Assembly (NCBI RefSeq): GCF_036971445.1
Contig: NC_091474.1
Coordinates: 8,308,001-8,372,000 of the forward strand
Reading direction: 5' to 3'
From: Narcine bancroftii
Lineage: Eukaryota
Length of the DNA: 64,000 nt
Position 1 is the first letter of the stretch; each line of letters starts with the position of its first letter. Positions 42,901 to 56,173 of the stretch are shown here, piece by piece. The translations under genes and the position numbers were made by a program. The notes beneath the pieces were generated by a model. The model had not been told where the DNA came from. It saw only the letters and a list, made by a program, of their open reading frames with translations, and made no database searches.

Positions 42901-44454
42901 GTTAAGTTTTTTTTTAATTCTCCTGCTAATTTTCCTGGCTGCAAGTGACTGATGGCCCTAGGGGAGCCCAAGTTCCTTTCTTTTAAAAAAAGTAACAAAT
43001 GACATCTCCAGGTTTTTTGGGACTAAGTTACAAAATTAACCAATGACTGGATTGATGATCCAGCCATGTATTGGAATTTAAATAGTTAAGTTAATGTGAA
43101 CTTAATATATACCACTCCATCAGTATGAGCCTGGCAGATTTTAGCAAAAAAGGTCTGGTTTCCTGGTTTATTTCTGATTATTGTGGGTATAAATGTAGTT
43201 GCTTTGTAATTTTCTTCTGAAATTATGTGGGAAGCTGTGCATTTCCGAGACCAGTTGGAGCGAATAATGGATGTTGGCCTTGCCAGTAATGTTGACATCC
43301 CATGAATTAATACATTTCTTTCATTCCATTTCTATCTCAGCAAACCTTGTTTATTCAAACCTGGATATCTGTTCTATTTCTTTTTTGACTCAATTTCAAG
43401 ATTTCTGCCATCACTTCCTGTGGTTGCCAACTTTATTTTCCTATGTGTTAGCAATTCCAGTCCATTTCTTTTCAGTTACATTTCCCAACTTGCTTTAGAA
43501 TATTTTTTTGAACCTGCAACTATTATTTTCATTAATTTTACACAATTTATTGAACTGATCATTTTTAGCCAAGAGAAAGACCATCTTATCCAGAAATAAT
43601 ATTAACTTTCCATTGATTAACTTCCATATCCTCAGACTATGAGTTCATTATTTGCAAGTTCTTGGAACTTGGCAACCAATTCTTGTATCTAGTTCACAAA
43701 CCTTAGAGTTTTGTTGTATGTTTATGTTTTTTTTTAATTTGTCCTATTTAAACATGCACTATTCCAAAGCAAAAACTACCCAGCAATTGATAACTTAGGA
43801 TTTATACAATTTAATAAGAACAAAGATGTCAAGTTTAACTTGTTTCCCTACTCTAAGATCCATAATGCATACAATATGGATAGATGATGATTACATGTGT
43901 ACCATCTCTTGCTCCCTTCATTAGCAAGATGGTCTGTAATCAAGGGGTACAGATCTTTTTTTTTAAAATGCAGGTGGAATTTTTTTTTTTCAATTCAGCA
44001 GGGCTATTGTGAAATGAACTGCATTGCCTGAAAGGATGGTGTTAGCAGATTACTAGTTTTGAAAGGGCAATAGTATCTCTGTACAATAAGGGATAACAGG
44101 GCTGAAGGCAAAAGGAGAGTGCATCTTTATGTAGACCTCTTTCATTGAGCTGGTACATTCAGATTGGGGTAGGTGAGTTTTCTTCTTCGTGGTTTTTCAT
44201 TGATTTTTGTGGCCTGCGTTATCAGAGGGAGAAATTTGTATTTAATGAGGAAATATTTTTACCATATCAATGGATTTTTATTGTTTTCCTTGGATTTCCA
44301 TTTCAGACGTGGCACATTTTTATGATTGTTAATGAATCATTTAGAAGCTCAATATGTCTGCTCGTTGACAGAATCCACACATTATTTCATTCACACTAAT
44401 AATTTCTAAAAATAAAATCCATGCTCTCCATATAGAGCCTGGAAGCATGTATAA

Positions 44455-44661
<207 letters not shown>

Positions 44662-46505
44662 AGACTGGATGATGGGATTGAATAGGGTCATGGAGTGTCT
44701 TCCTGTAGGTTAATTGCTTACAGTGAATCAGAAAGACTAAACAGTCACTAATGACAGAACATGTGAATACAACTCCATGGTTAAGAATAATTACATTTAA
44801 GGCTGGGATGATGTTCAAAGCATTACAAGTGCAGTCCGTCGAGGAACACCACCAAATGGTTGCTGAATGGTCAAGGGATTGAAAGATTCACCCCAGTCTT
44901 AAAAGTTTGTTTTTTTAATGGTAACATAACTTTACCAACTTCGCATGTTGGACTGAAACTAGATTATTTGGTATTTACTTTTGGCTGCTGTACAAAGTTT
45001 CTATTTGCAATTTTTTTGTTTCATTTGCTGATGGTTCTTAACTGTATGTTTATATTTTTGCAGAACAACTTTACTAAACCTGTCTTTTCTCTAATTAGCC
45101 AATTTAGAGACAAGATTAATCTTGTACTTTCTAATGAATATCAACAGGAATGTTGCTGTTAACATAGTATCCTACTGACTGCTGTTAAACTTGTGTGGAG
45201 CCAATTGTGGATGCAGTATGGATACTAAGAATGTAATTAGTAGAAAATAATTATTTATCTTTTTTCAGTCTCATTAAAAGAAATTCCCTTGAGGAAAAAG
45301 TTCACGTTTTTTAATTCTCATTAAGTAGCCTTATACTGAACAAAAATCCATGAGGCTATGTTATAGTATTTAATCTCAATTTTGTATATTTTATGGGAAT
45401 GACTCACTTAGAAATGATGTTTGTACATAATGAAAATAATCGTATAATGGTCTCCCAATACAGAAGTGCTTTACACTTTTAAATTCATTTAATGTGCTTT
45501 TAAACATTTTCATTTGTGCATAAAGTGTGTCGAGATGTGTTTTATTTAATGTTAATTTATCATTGCATATATCAGCAAATACTTTGAAGATCCATAAATG
45601 AAATTCATTGACATCTACTTAGTTTTGTAGTTCAATACAGACGCTTACATCTTTTAAACAGAGTTTAATGTACTTGTTTAATTTTCCAGAACTTTTTTTA
45701 TTATTAGCTTAGAAGAAAATTTCGTAATGTAATCTGTAAATATTCCCCAGGTGGAATTTTTTTTAAAAATTAATTTAAACTGAATAACAAATCAAACATA
45801 TGCTGGTCCAAGTAAAATGAAAATATTGTATAAAAATAAATGTGAGCATTTATTTCCTCCCCACCTCCCCATTTTTTTTCAAGGTTTCATGGTAGTTTGC
45901 GTTTGGATAAATTTAAAAGAACATTAAGAAAGTGCTATATCATATTATTCACATTTGGCATCACTAATAGCATGTATGATTCAAATGTTGAAATGTTTGA
46001 GTTTTATTGAAAATCTTTTTCAGAACAGTTATTAGACTTTTTGTTTAGTTTGTGTACTCTACCTTCACCCTACAGATTCTGCCATTTCCTTTGCCCTCGA
46101 AAGGGCTGCCAAATGTGTAATTGTTACCCTATTATAGTAAACCAGTTTTCCGAATACCTAATGGCAGATATTGAGTCTTCAATTAAAGAAAAATAGAAAA
46201 TCTTGTTAGGTCCAAATTCTTTTTGCATCCAGCAAATAGTATAATCATGCATATGGTTCTCATATTTTTGTCATTATGTTGACTCATTCTATACAGCAAA
46301 TCTTTTGGGATTTTTTTCCATATATAAGACAAGCAAAATCCAGTAGACAGTTTTGACCTCAGTTGTCCATCTTCTCACTCCACAATTATCTATCAGTGTA
46401 TCCAATAGCTTTTATTCAAAAGGAACTTCTATATATAGAAACTATTTTATAGAAATACAAATTCTAAAATTACAAAAAGTCTAAGCATGAGTAAATATCA
46501 ATAAA
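44662..46505 (+). other. GID8: Probable GID8 3'UTR with candidate poly(A) signals
   Basis: AT-rich, free of recognisable repeats. AATAAA at 45835-45840 and 46500-46505. The true end is unknown. Confidence 0.5.
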
Positions 46506-46976
46506 TGGCGAGTTACTCTTTGAATAGATATATTTTGAGTGGAATATTGTAAGGAATCTAGCATTTTATTTCTAAACAACTGTATTGACCGGAGTATGAT
46601 GAATTGTGTTCTTTCCACTGATGAAGTCCGTCCCCATCTTTTGAAATGCAAGGTTGATGAACATTATTTAAATCTCTTAATCATTTATCCATAAAACCAT
46701 TCGTAGAACCATCATCTTGAATTTACTAACACGTCTTTTCCATACCACTATGCAGCCTTTTCATATATTCAACATTCTTGCTACATGTAACATTGGAACC
46801 TTGTTTATTAATTTTTTTTCTTTGAGGCAAAAAGCTTTGGATTCAATGGTGAGATGAATAGCGTGTACGAAATGTACATTTTATGTACAAAAAGGAATCT
46901 GGATGGATGAATTTAGTATTATGTGTAAGTTTGGAGAGCAGCTTAAAATGTATTGTTATAATTCTTTGTTGTAGAA

Positions 46977-47238
46977 CAGTGATTTTCAAACTGCCTCCCC
47001 TCCACGTTCCACCTTAAGCAATCCCTGCCATAAGTGCTCACAGTTTCATAACTCCAAAGGAAATTGGCCAATGACAATTTTTCTCAAGCAAAATATTTCA
47101 GTAACTATTGGGTCTTAGAGAAGTAGTTCTCAACTCACATTCCATCTTAAGCAATCCCTTACCATTCACAGAGCACTTATGGCATAGGGATTGCTTAAAG
47201 TGGAATGTGAGTTTAGAGGGGCAGATTGAAAACCACTG
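46977..47238. mobile_element. hAT/Charlie-like MITE
   Basis: CAGTGATTTTCAAACTGCC ... GGCAGATTGAAAACCACTG terminal inverted repeats. Confidence 0.72.
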
Positions 47239-50200
47239 TAGAATATTTTAACAAATTGGAAACAACATCCTTAGAAATAACTGGTGAGCTAATTTTTTTT
47301 GGGGGGGGGGAGTCATGTTTATTTTGGTGACAAAATTCATAAATATATTAGTAAATAAATTATCTAATATACACTCTTTTGAATTTCATAATCTTCCATT
47401 TGGATACAAAACAAAAATAAAACATTTATGTTTAACTGACCCATAATTATAATGATTTACTACTATTCTGATGTGATTAGTATGTAAATAAATTCTTGAT
47501 TAAGCTCCTGATGCCACATAGCATTATAATTTCCTTATCAATCCATTGCAAGTTTTCCTTGCACACTATAGTAGAGATGCACTTTCTGAGGACACTGTAC
47601 ATGAGCCTAATTCCTTAGTCTGTCCAAAGCCCTGGCGGACCCATTCTTTGAATCCACCTGCAATGTTAGAGCAGTCAAGCTTCTGGCACTGTAGATGGTT
47701 CTTTTCCAGAAACTTTAATTGATTCCCATGGGTGACACACAGAAAGCTTAAATGAAGTTGACAATGCATATTCAACTTCATGATTATTAATTCTGAATAG
47801 AGGGCATTTAAGTGGATATTAGACATTTTAATAAATATTTGTAGCATTGCTTCTAGGCACCAACTTTAAATGTCTTCTAAAGAAAATTGGTCCAACAAGT
47901 TTTGAAGTAAAACTAGTGACTTTTCAAATTGGTATTTTAGTATGTTATATTAGTATGATTTGAGACAATTGAAATGGCCAAAATACTGGATATTGCAATT
48001 TATTTTAGGTGCAAAACAGTATACAGAAGAGTGAGAAATCCTTGACAGGAAGACTGAAGAGCATTTAAAAAAAAAAACTCCCAAATCCATAAATACCTGG
48101 ACAAAAAAAAATCTGGCCTGAGATGTTTACTTAAAGCAATTAGATACAGGTCCATCAATGCAGAAGATTTACATGTTAAATGCTGTTCTGGGTTCCTCTA
48201 GACATTCTCAAGCTTTCACTGAACAGGCTATAGAAAATTTCTCTGTTTAGATTTAAGGACATCTTGTACCACAAATCCATTTTAACAAAACTGATTTTGA
48301 ACATGATCTTAAATGAACTGAGAAGTTGTTATTTGGAAATGTCCCAAGTGAATTGACGTGATGTATCTTTCATATACAGAATGGATGACTAAATGCTGTA
48401 TGTAAAGGGAATTAATTTGTTAAGTGAAAATAGATCTCACAGGCAAATCAACTTTCAGGATCCGAAAATGTGTTTTTTTTTAAACTGCAGATGATGGAAA
48501 TCTAAAATAAAACCAAAATGCTGGAAACAGCAGGCCAGGAAATGTTGAGAGATGCAACTCAGAAGGAGGCCCCTCGGCTCACTGGTCCTTGCAGACCATT
48601 TACATGAATCTTGCATTAATTCCATATTTTGTTCTCTTGCAAATCTGATTATTCTCCAACACCTTTTCCCCCACCCATCACCTCCCCCACCCACCAATAT
48701 CCTGCCTCCCAATTCTACCACTTTATCCTTTCATGAAGAAAATTAACATGCACATCTTTTGTTTGTGGTAGGAAATTAAATAAACTGGAAGAATATACAA
48801 ATTCTACACTTGCAGTCAGGATGTACAGTGCCAGCACCTCTTATGCTGTGAGGCTGTGCCATGCCTAATCTTGGAAAGAGAAACTGAGGTAATAATTCAG
48901 GTTAAAGACTCCCCTCCCCTAGAAAAGAGAAAATGTTTGTTTTCAATTGATGAAAGGAATATTTCCAATGCAGCAAAGCCAAATGGATTAACGTGTCAGA
49001 AGCACAAATTAAATCTGGTTAGAGTATGTTCATAAAATGCTGACGATTTAGTAACTGGAAAAGGAATCAAATATTACATTATCAAATCTTTTTGCAGTAG
49101 AACTTGTAACCAAAAAGTTTCAATTAAATGTCTAAATTCTAACTACAAATCTGACAAAATTTGAATGTTGGAGTTGTATTTCTGAAGACTCCTAGTATAT
49201 TTTCCACTTCAAATCACTTTGTTCTATTTCCCAAATGTAATAAATATTCATTTTAAATATGCTTTAACAATATTGAAATGGCAGTATTTTGAAGTTTAAT
49301 GGTTGATTTCTGAATGTTAATTTTTAATAAAGTTATTTAAGTGAAAATTGAAAACCTATTTATTTGGGATCTTTAATCCATTTTAGTTACATACCATGTT
49401 CCTAAAATTAATTTTGCTGGAGGTTTTAGTCTAAAGAAGCAATGGGTCTTTGGGTTTATAAAAAGCCATTTGGAGCACCCTGCAACTGTTTGGATTAGGA
49501 AATATAACATCAGAACCATTTATCTTATGACTTTTTCCTTAGCTATTAGCAATACATTTATGAAACCAATATTAAACAAACAGGTTTACGAGAGGGATAT
49601 AACTTTAATGAAAGAATGTTGGTTAGTTACACCTGAAGATGGTGATGTAAAATCTGTGTACCACCAAGTGAAGGTACACCACAAGGTGGGGCTACTGACT
49701 GCTGGGCTCAGTCAGCAGAATTTTAAAAAAGTAAATCTTTTCTTAAATAATGTTCTTCACTTCTTCTCTCGGCCTTTTAGCTCCAGTGCTAACCCTTATC
49801 CACATCTTATTGTCGCCTTGATATTCCTGATCAATATGTAGCTGTTGACACAGTAATATTCATGCCTGATGCTTTCTGACATTTTACAATCCTCATTGTT
49901 CCAGTGTTGTGATTTCCCTGCAGCTCATTTTATTTATAGGCTGTTGGTCCATTTTGTTTCTTGCTATGACCTGTACTCCTAATCCAGACTCAACCTAATT
50001 TTTATTTGTGCAAAACACCAACAGCTTGCAAATAGAAACAAGCTCAGCTAGTCAAGCAGCATCCATAGCAAGTAAAGGGTAACTAATGTTTCAGACCAGA
50101 ACCTTTTGTCAGGTATAAACAAAGACCAACCAACAGGTTACTGAATAAAAAGAATGGGGGGAGGGTGAAGGAAAGGGCAGAGGGAGGAGAACAGGTTAAC

Positions 50201-51994
50201 AGGTAAAAGTGGATCGATAGATACAGGTGAGAGGGTAAACTAGAAAAAAAAAGCTGAGAAATGATGCAGGGGAGGGTGGTGGAGGATGCTGAGTTTCTCC
50301 AGCAAATTTGTGTATTGCTGGTACACTTGACTCCAGTAACCACAGACTTTAATACTTATTTGTGCAGAATTTGCAACATCCCACAAATTCCCCCCCCACC
50401 TGATTTCAGCCAGTGTTTATATCTTCCAGGAACCTTTTGCCTTCACCTTCCCATATTAGAATGCAAGTCTCTCAATTTCTAATTTAACCTACACCCAAAT
50501 CCATGATGTCCTGGTAATCTCCTGATTACATTTTTAGTAGTTCCCCATTACTCAGCCACCTCTATCTCCAAAGCTCTGCCTCCTGAATCCTCTTATTTAT
50601 TATCAGTAGTTGAAATATAGAATCAATTTCAACATTAGAGATTGGTATTAAATATTTGAATACCATGGTCCATAACGCTTCTGTTCATGAGGGAAGTAAA
50701 TCAACCGAAACTTGGAGACATGGTAGGATGCAAAACAAAAATAATCATTAATAATGAGAGCAAAAAAAAAAGATGATAGAAGAAAAGGGATGTGACCTGA
50801 TAGCAGCATTGTTTTTGCCATTAAAATAAAACATTACAACTACTTATTTCCCATTAATTTTTTTTGCATCTTCAAGAAGACATTGGTTTGAATGCCACAA
50901 TGGTAGTTTTGACAATTGCCTTGAAACTTTTCGAAGCATGGCGTTTTCAAGAAATCCTTACTTAAACATGGAAAGCTGTTGCCTGTGATTCAGCACTTTG
51001 CACAATCAAATGAAACGACTTGAGCAAGGGGATTTTTTTTTTAAATTACCAAAATCTGGGCATTATTTATTGTTCATTCCTATGCTTGTGAAAGATCGTA
51101 CTGATGAACCATCACCTAGAATGTTTCCATCCTGCTGAAGACTATTCTGTAAGGAATACCAAGACTTTGACCCAATAATGATGAAATATAGCAGAAATAT
51201 TTCCAGTTTAGACTGGTGTGCAACTTGGAAGGGAACCTGCAGAAGATAATGTTCTCATGTGTCTGCAGCTCATGCTCATTCTGAAGACTCCTCCTGCAAG
51301 TAGGAGGTGAAATCAATCTAGATGATTTCAATCTTCCTTTTATAGATTGTAGTCATTGTGTGTTGATGGTAAGGGAAATAAATAGTAGGCCTGAAACATT
51401 GGTTACCATTTGCTTCATATATCTGCCAAGTTTCTCCAGTATTTTTATGTATTGCTTGAGGATGGAGGGATGCATTAACCTGTTGATTTTGAAGATGACC
51501 TCCAACTTGGACATTCCCAGCAGTCTATCTCATTACACAAAAGCTGCAATAGTTTTGTGCTAAATACCACCTGCTGCAATAATTCACTGGGTCAAACAAG
51601 AGCCCCCACTGATGCTGGTTGACCTATTGAGTTCCTTCAGCAGATATGTTTAGCTTCAGATTCCCATCATCTGCAATCTCTTGCCCATAACACAAAAGCA
51701 GAAGCTCCTCTAGCACCATCTTCTGGATCTTTTGTCCACCTTCATTTCAGTTTACCAATTCCATGCTAGTTAATCGAATCATACCCCCCTCCTAATACCA
51801 CATAATGTATGAATCTTGGAATCTAATTAACATCGACAGCTTGAGAAACAAACTGAGATTTCTCAAGCTGTCAATTATTAATGTAGTTGTGGTCACCAAA
51901 ATTCTAAATGGAGCACCTAACACTGCTGCAATGCAATAGCTGACCTGTCTTGACTGTTTTTTAAAAAAAAAATTATTTACAATTGTCAATTTTA

Positions 51995-52975
51995 AGTCCC
52001 CTGTGACCGCAGGAACTGCCACACTTGTGCCCATACCTCCTCCCTCACCACTATTTAGGGCCACCAACAGACCTTCCAAGTGAAGCAACACTTCACTTGT
52101 GAATCTGTGGGAGTCATCTACTGCATGCAGTGCTCCTGTTGTGACCTTATTTACATCAAAGCAACTGGAGGCAGACTGGGAGATCGCTTCGCTGAGCAGC
52201 TTCACTCTGTCCACATCATGACACGGATCTCCCAGTGGCCAACCATTTCAATTCTACATCCCAGGCCCACACCAATGGTCAAAAATACACTCACATTGTC
52301 TGCATACTTTTGTAGTTTCATTCATGTACTGTCAAATCAAGGCCACCCATAAATTGGAAGTGCAACATCTAATATTTCATCTGGGCACTCTCCAAATGGA
52401 TGACATTAACATAGACTTCTCCAGTTTATGCTAGCCTACTCCCCATTCTCCCTCTCTTCCCCATCCCTCTGTCTCCTTTCCTCCAGCTGTCCACACCCTC
52501 TCAATTTCCTCTCAATTCAGAGCTATCCCCTTCCCCTCTGTTTTCTGTTGAGCCCTCCCTCCTTTATCCATCTCTTGCCTGTGGGCCTGTGCTCCTCCCC
52601 CTGAGGTGAGGAAATCCAGGATCTAATTACGCAGTGGGGTATTGAGACCCAGGCTAATCAATTTTGAGGGAATGATGCTGTTGATGAATAGCATCTTTGC
52701 TGTTCAGGTGTGTAGAGCCAGTGAGATTTCTATGGTCAGTGAACCTGCTGAAGGAATTCAGTGGCTCGAACAAGATCCTGGCCTGGCTGCTCCTCCCCCA
52801 CCCCCATTTTATAGCAGTTCATGTCTACATTTTACTTATACCTTTATAAAGGCCTCAGGCCATAAAAGTTGGTTAGGATTTTTTTTAGCTTTGCTGTATA
52901 AAGTATGCTGTTTGACATGACGAGTTCTTTGAAGTGTGTTGTGTTTTTACTTCAATCACTGCATCTGCAGAGCTT
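51995..52975 (+). mobile_element. Penelope-like element remnant (GIY-YIG endonuclease fragment and terminal repeat)
   Basis: KQHFTCESVGVIYCMQCSCCDLIYIKATGGRLGDRFAE, followed by a pyrimidine-rich tract and a terminal-repeat-like end. Confidence 0.8.
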
Positions 52976-53394
52976 CATTTCTGTACGGACTTGCGGGTAC
53001 AGTGCTCTGCAATTTCTTTCTGCATGCAAGAACAACACTTTTAAAACCAATTGGGGAGGTTTTCAAAGTGTTGCCTCAGAATGGAGTGGATTTATTTAAT
53101 TTTTATTTATTCATAGAGCACTTTTTACAGGCTAATTCAGCCTTAAATTGAGTCTGAGCCACCCAATTTACACCCCATTAACTTAAATCCCAGTATTTTT
53201 TTTGAAGGGGGAGGGGGAATTGGAGTCCCTGGAGAAAACCCACACAGACACTCCAACCGTGACACCCTTGATTTTGGTGTAGCAACGGCTGAAGGTGTTT
53301 TATCCTTTGGAGTTGCATAGAACGTGGTGATGGTAGCTTAGGAATATCTTTAAAGTAGTCTGTCTGTAGAAGGACATGGACTACAGTCAGGGGA

Positions 53395-54064
53395 TAGTGG
53401 CGGATTAACCATTAGGCTGAGCAGGCTGAAGCCTAGGGGCCCAGAAGGGCCTGTCACAACCACTAATCCACCAATGTCACTATGGGCTCCCGTTAGCCTT
53501 GGGTCCACCCATCAATCAAGACTCACGGAAGTACTGCATTCACCTGTCAATCGCCAGTGGAGTCTCGGTCCCATCTATCAATTTGGCTCCGCCGGTCCCC
53601 ATACTACCTGTCAATCAATGCTCACGCTTGTCTGTGCGCACGAGTCGGAGGTCTGCCTCCCGCAGCAGAGCTCGGCTCACGCAGCGTCACTCGGGGGAGG
53701 TTGACTTTAAAAAGAAAGACTCCTTCCTGTGCTATTTTGTATCGAGACTTTGTTTTTAATGAACTCATTTTATTTATCCTTTTGCAACTCACAGATTTTT
53801 CAAATTATTCGGGGCAAGCAGGCCACTTCCGTAAGGTAGAGTTTTGTATGCTTTCAATGAAGTTTTTCCCTCCACTTTCTCCAACCAAACACCAGCTGGT
53901 GTCTTCACAGCACATCCCCGGTGGACAAATGTACAATATATGAGGGCACCACGCCCAAAGGCTAATAAATGGAACGGTTTCACTTTATTCTATCCAACGG
54001 AGGGTAGGGCGCTAAGGGGTGGGGAGTCCAGCCTAGGGCCCGGCTGGTAGTTAACCCGCTACTA
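53395..54064. mobile_element. Non-autonomous hAT-type DNA transposon, 670 bp
   Basis: TIRs TAGTGGCGGATTAAC / GTTAACCCGCTACTA; 8-bp TSD TCAGGGGA (53387-53394) / TCAGGGCA (54065-54072). Confidence 0.75.
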
Positions 54065-54399
54065 TCAGGGCATCAGAGGTGTGAATGCCCTCAGATGGCA
54101 GAATGGTCGACACTTGTACCCTCCAATTGGTTTGGGGGCGCAGTGCATGGTCAAGTTCTTGAAAGCACTGAAAAGGTGCAGATGCTGGGATCTGAAGCCC
54201 CCCCCCCCAAAAAAAAAAACAAAAACCCAACCCAGAAGCGTGGAAGAGCATTGGTTTCCCATTTTTTTTGCGCGTAGATCTTTGGACTGCAGAATTATTT
54301 CTAAAGAGCCACCTTTTCATGTGACAGGAACTTCCCCCCGCATAGCAGGAAATTTAGAAATGACAGCTGGATCCATTTTTCCTAAAGACATTGAGGCCA

Positions 54400-54720
54400 C
54401 GACCCAGGGTGAAAACTCCTGCAAACTTCGCGGCCCGAGCTTTGGTGCCGAGCCCTTTCGCCCCCTCCCTGCCCGTAAAGCTGCGCTGCCGGCATGCTCC
54501 CAATGTTACATCAGCCGGGCGCGGCTGACGGGTGAGTGCGGGGTGGACGGGCTGCGGACAGCGACCCAGTGCCAAGAGGTGCGCCCCTCAATGTGGCTCT
54601 CATGAGCTCTGGGTGGGGTGTGGGGGGGGGGGGGGGGGTTCTTCCACTTGGTTTCCTCAGCTGGAAGTGACACGTCGGACCAACGGAGGAGGAACTAAGC
54701 AAGGCTTGGTTCCGTTTAAT
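54400..54720 (+). promoter_or_regulatory. CpG-rich promoter / candidate non-coding first exon of SLC17A9
   Basis: CpG-rich patch upstream of the first coding exon. Consensus donor CGG|GTGAGT at 54531/54532 and acceptor ttcag at 54816-54820. Confidence 0.6.
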
Positions 54721-54823
54721 CTGAGTTGACCCGCATTTGTATATTCCCGCTCACTGAATAGTTGCCTTTTGGGGGGAGGGAAACGACTGGTTATGTCTTA
54801 TTGTTGTTTGCTACGTTCAGTTG

Positions 54824-54939
54824 ATGGCGTTTGTTGTGTACGATGGCGATGAGACCATCAGCGTGGACTTCAACCACCCTGGCGACTCGCAAGCGGAGTT
54901 GATGAGCAGAACTCGCCCCAAAGGGACGCAGTGGTCCAA
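54824..54939 (+). CDS. SLC17A9: SLC17A9 (VNUT) first coding exon
   Basis: MAFVVYDGDETISVDFNHPGDSQAELMSRTRPKGTQWS(K). Ends in TQWS like human exon 1 (as recalled). Donor gtaagt, phase 2 fits the next exon. The start codon could instead be 54902. Confidence 0.8.
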
Positions 54940-55172
54940 GTAAGTCGGGTCTTGCCGCAGGTTGAACACCGAATCTCGGCCGGCAGCAGCTCTAAGGAAT
55001 CGTTCCCATTGCGAGGTTTGACCTCCGAAGCAGTATGAATGGCATAAAGGGCAAGAGAACAGACTGAACAGCAGCTATTTAGAAACACAAGTTTCTAAAT
55101 AAAAATCAGTGCTTCTCAGCCTTTTATCTTTCCACCCACATACCACTTTAAGGAAGCCCTAGGGCTTCCTTA

Positions 55173-55506
55173 AAGGTACAAGGACTGCCTAAAGAAATCT
55201 CTTGGTGCCTGCCACATTGACCACCGCCAGTGGGCTGATATCGCCTCAAACCGTGCATCTTGGCGCCTCACAGTTTGGCGGGCAGCAACCTCCTTTGAAG
55301 AAGACCGCAGAGCCCACCTCACTGACAAAAGGCAAAGGAGGAAAAACCCAACACCCATCCCCAACCCACCAATTTTCCCCTGCAACCGCTGCAATCGTGT
55401 CTGCCTGTCCCGCATCGGACTTGTCAGCCACAAACGAGTCTGCAGCTGACGTGGACTTTTTACCCCCTCCATAAATCTTCGTCCGCGAAGCCAAGCCAAA
55501 GAAAAG
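55173..55506 (+). mobile_element. Same RTE family, 3' fragment inserted in a hAT-like MITE remnant (~55107-55700)
   Basis: Near identity to 32678-33007. Flanks resemble the MITE family at 30422 and 46977. Confidence 0.88.
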
Positions 55507-56173
55507 ATGCGGGTGCAAAGAAAAGTTTGAAAGGCGCTGTTTTAATTGCCCCCAGTGCACGGTTTGGACCATTTTTCTCAAGCAAAATATTGCAGTAATA
55601 ATTGGGTCTAGAGCAGTGATTCCCTTCCCACTCACATTCCACCCTGACTAATCACAGAGCATCAAGTGGGGTGTGGGTCGAAAGAAAAAGGTTGAGATTT
55701 CTTCAGTTCTGTTGGGTAAGTGAACTGATACAATTTTAAGCCACTGGTATTAAATTCAGGAGAATGGCCCTTACTCTAAGATTCAGTGGTACCCAACCAG
55801 TGGGCAGTGGGCCAACCCACTGAGGTCAGGGTGAGTATGACCCCACCGAGGCCAATGGGGTCGTCTGGCTTTCAATATGAGTGGTTTGGCGCTCAGCACT
55901 CGGTCACAGTTCCGATCAGACCTCCACCCAAAACAGATTCAGATCTCAGCTGTGCATTATCTGCCACGGGGCAAAGGATGTAGATAGAAACTGGTGAAGA
56001 AACTTCAGGAAAAGGGGTTCATTAAAGTGGCTTAGGCTTTGATTTTGATTGGGAGTTTTGATGTATGCTTGCACTGTTTGGGTTCTTTAAAATGTTAAAT
56101 AAAATACTTTAAGTTAGGTAAAGATTAGTTTCTTACAGAGCTGCCTTTGACTTGAAAATGTTGCTCAATCATT

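Noticed and set aside
47240-51990. Hidden gene between GID8 and SLC17A9
   Set aside because: Only short ORFs with no recognisable homology or consistent exon chain; AT-rich DNA and repeat debris.
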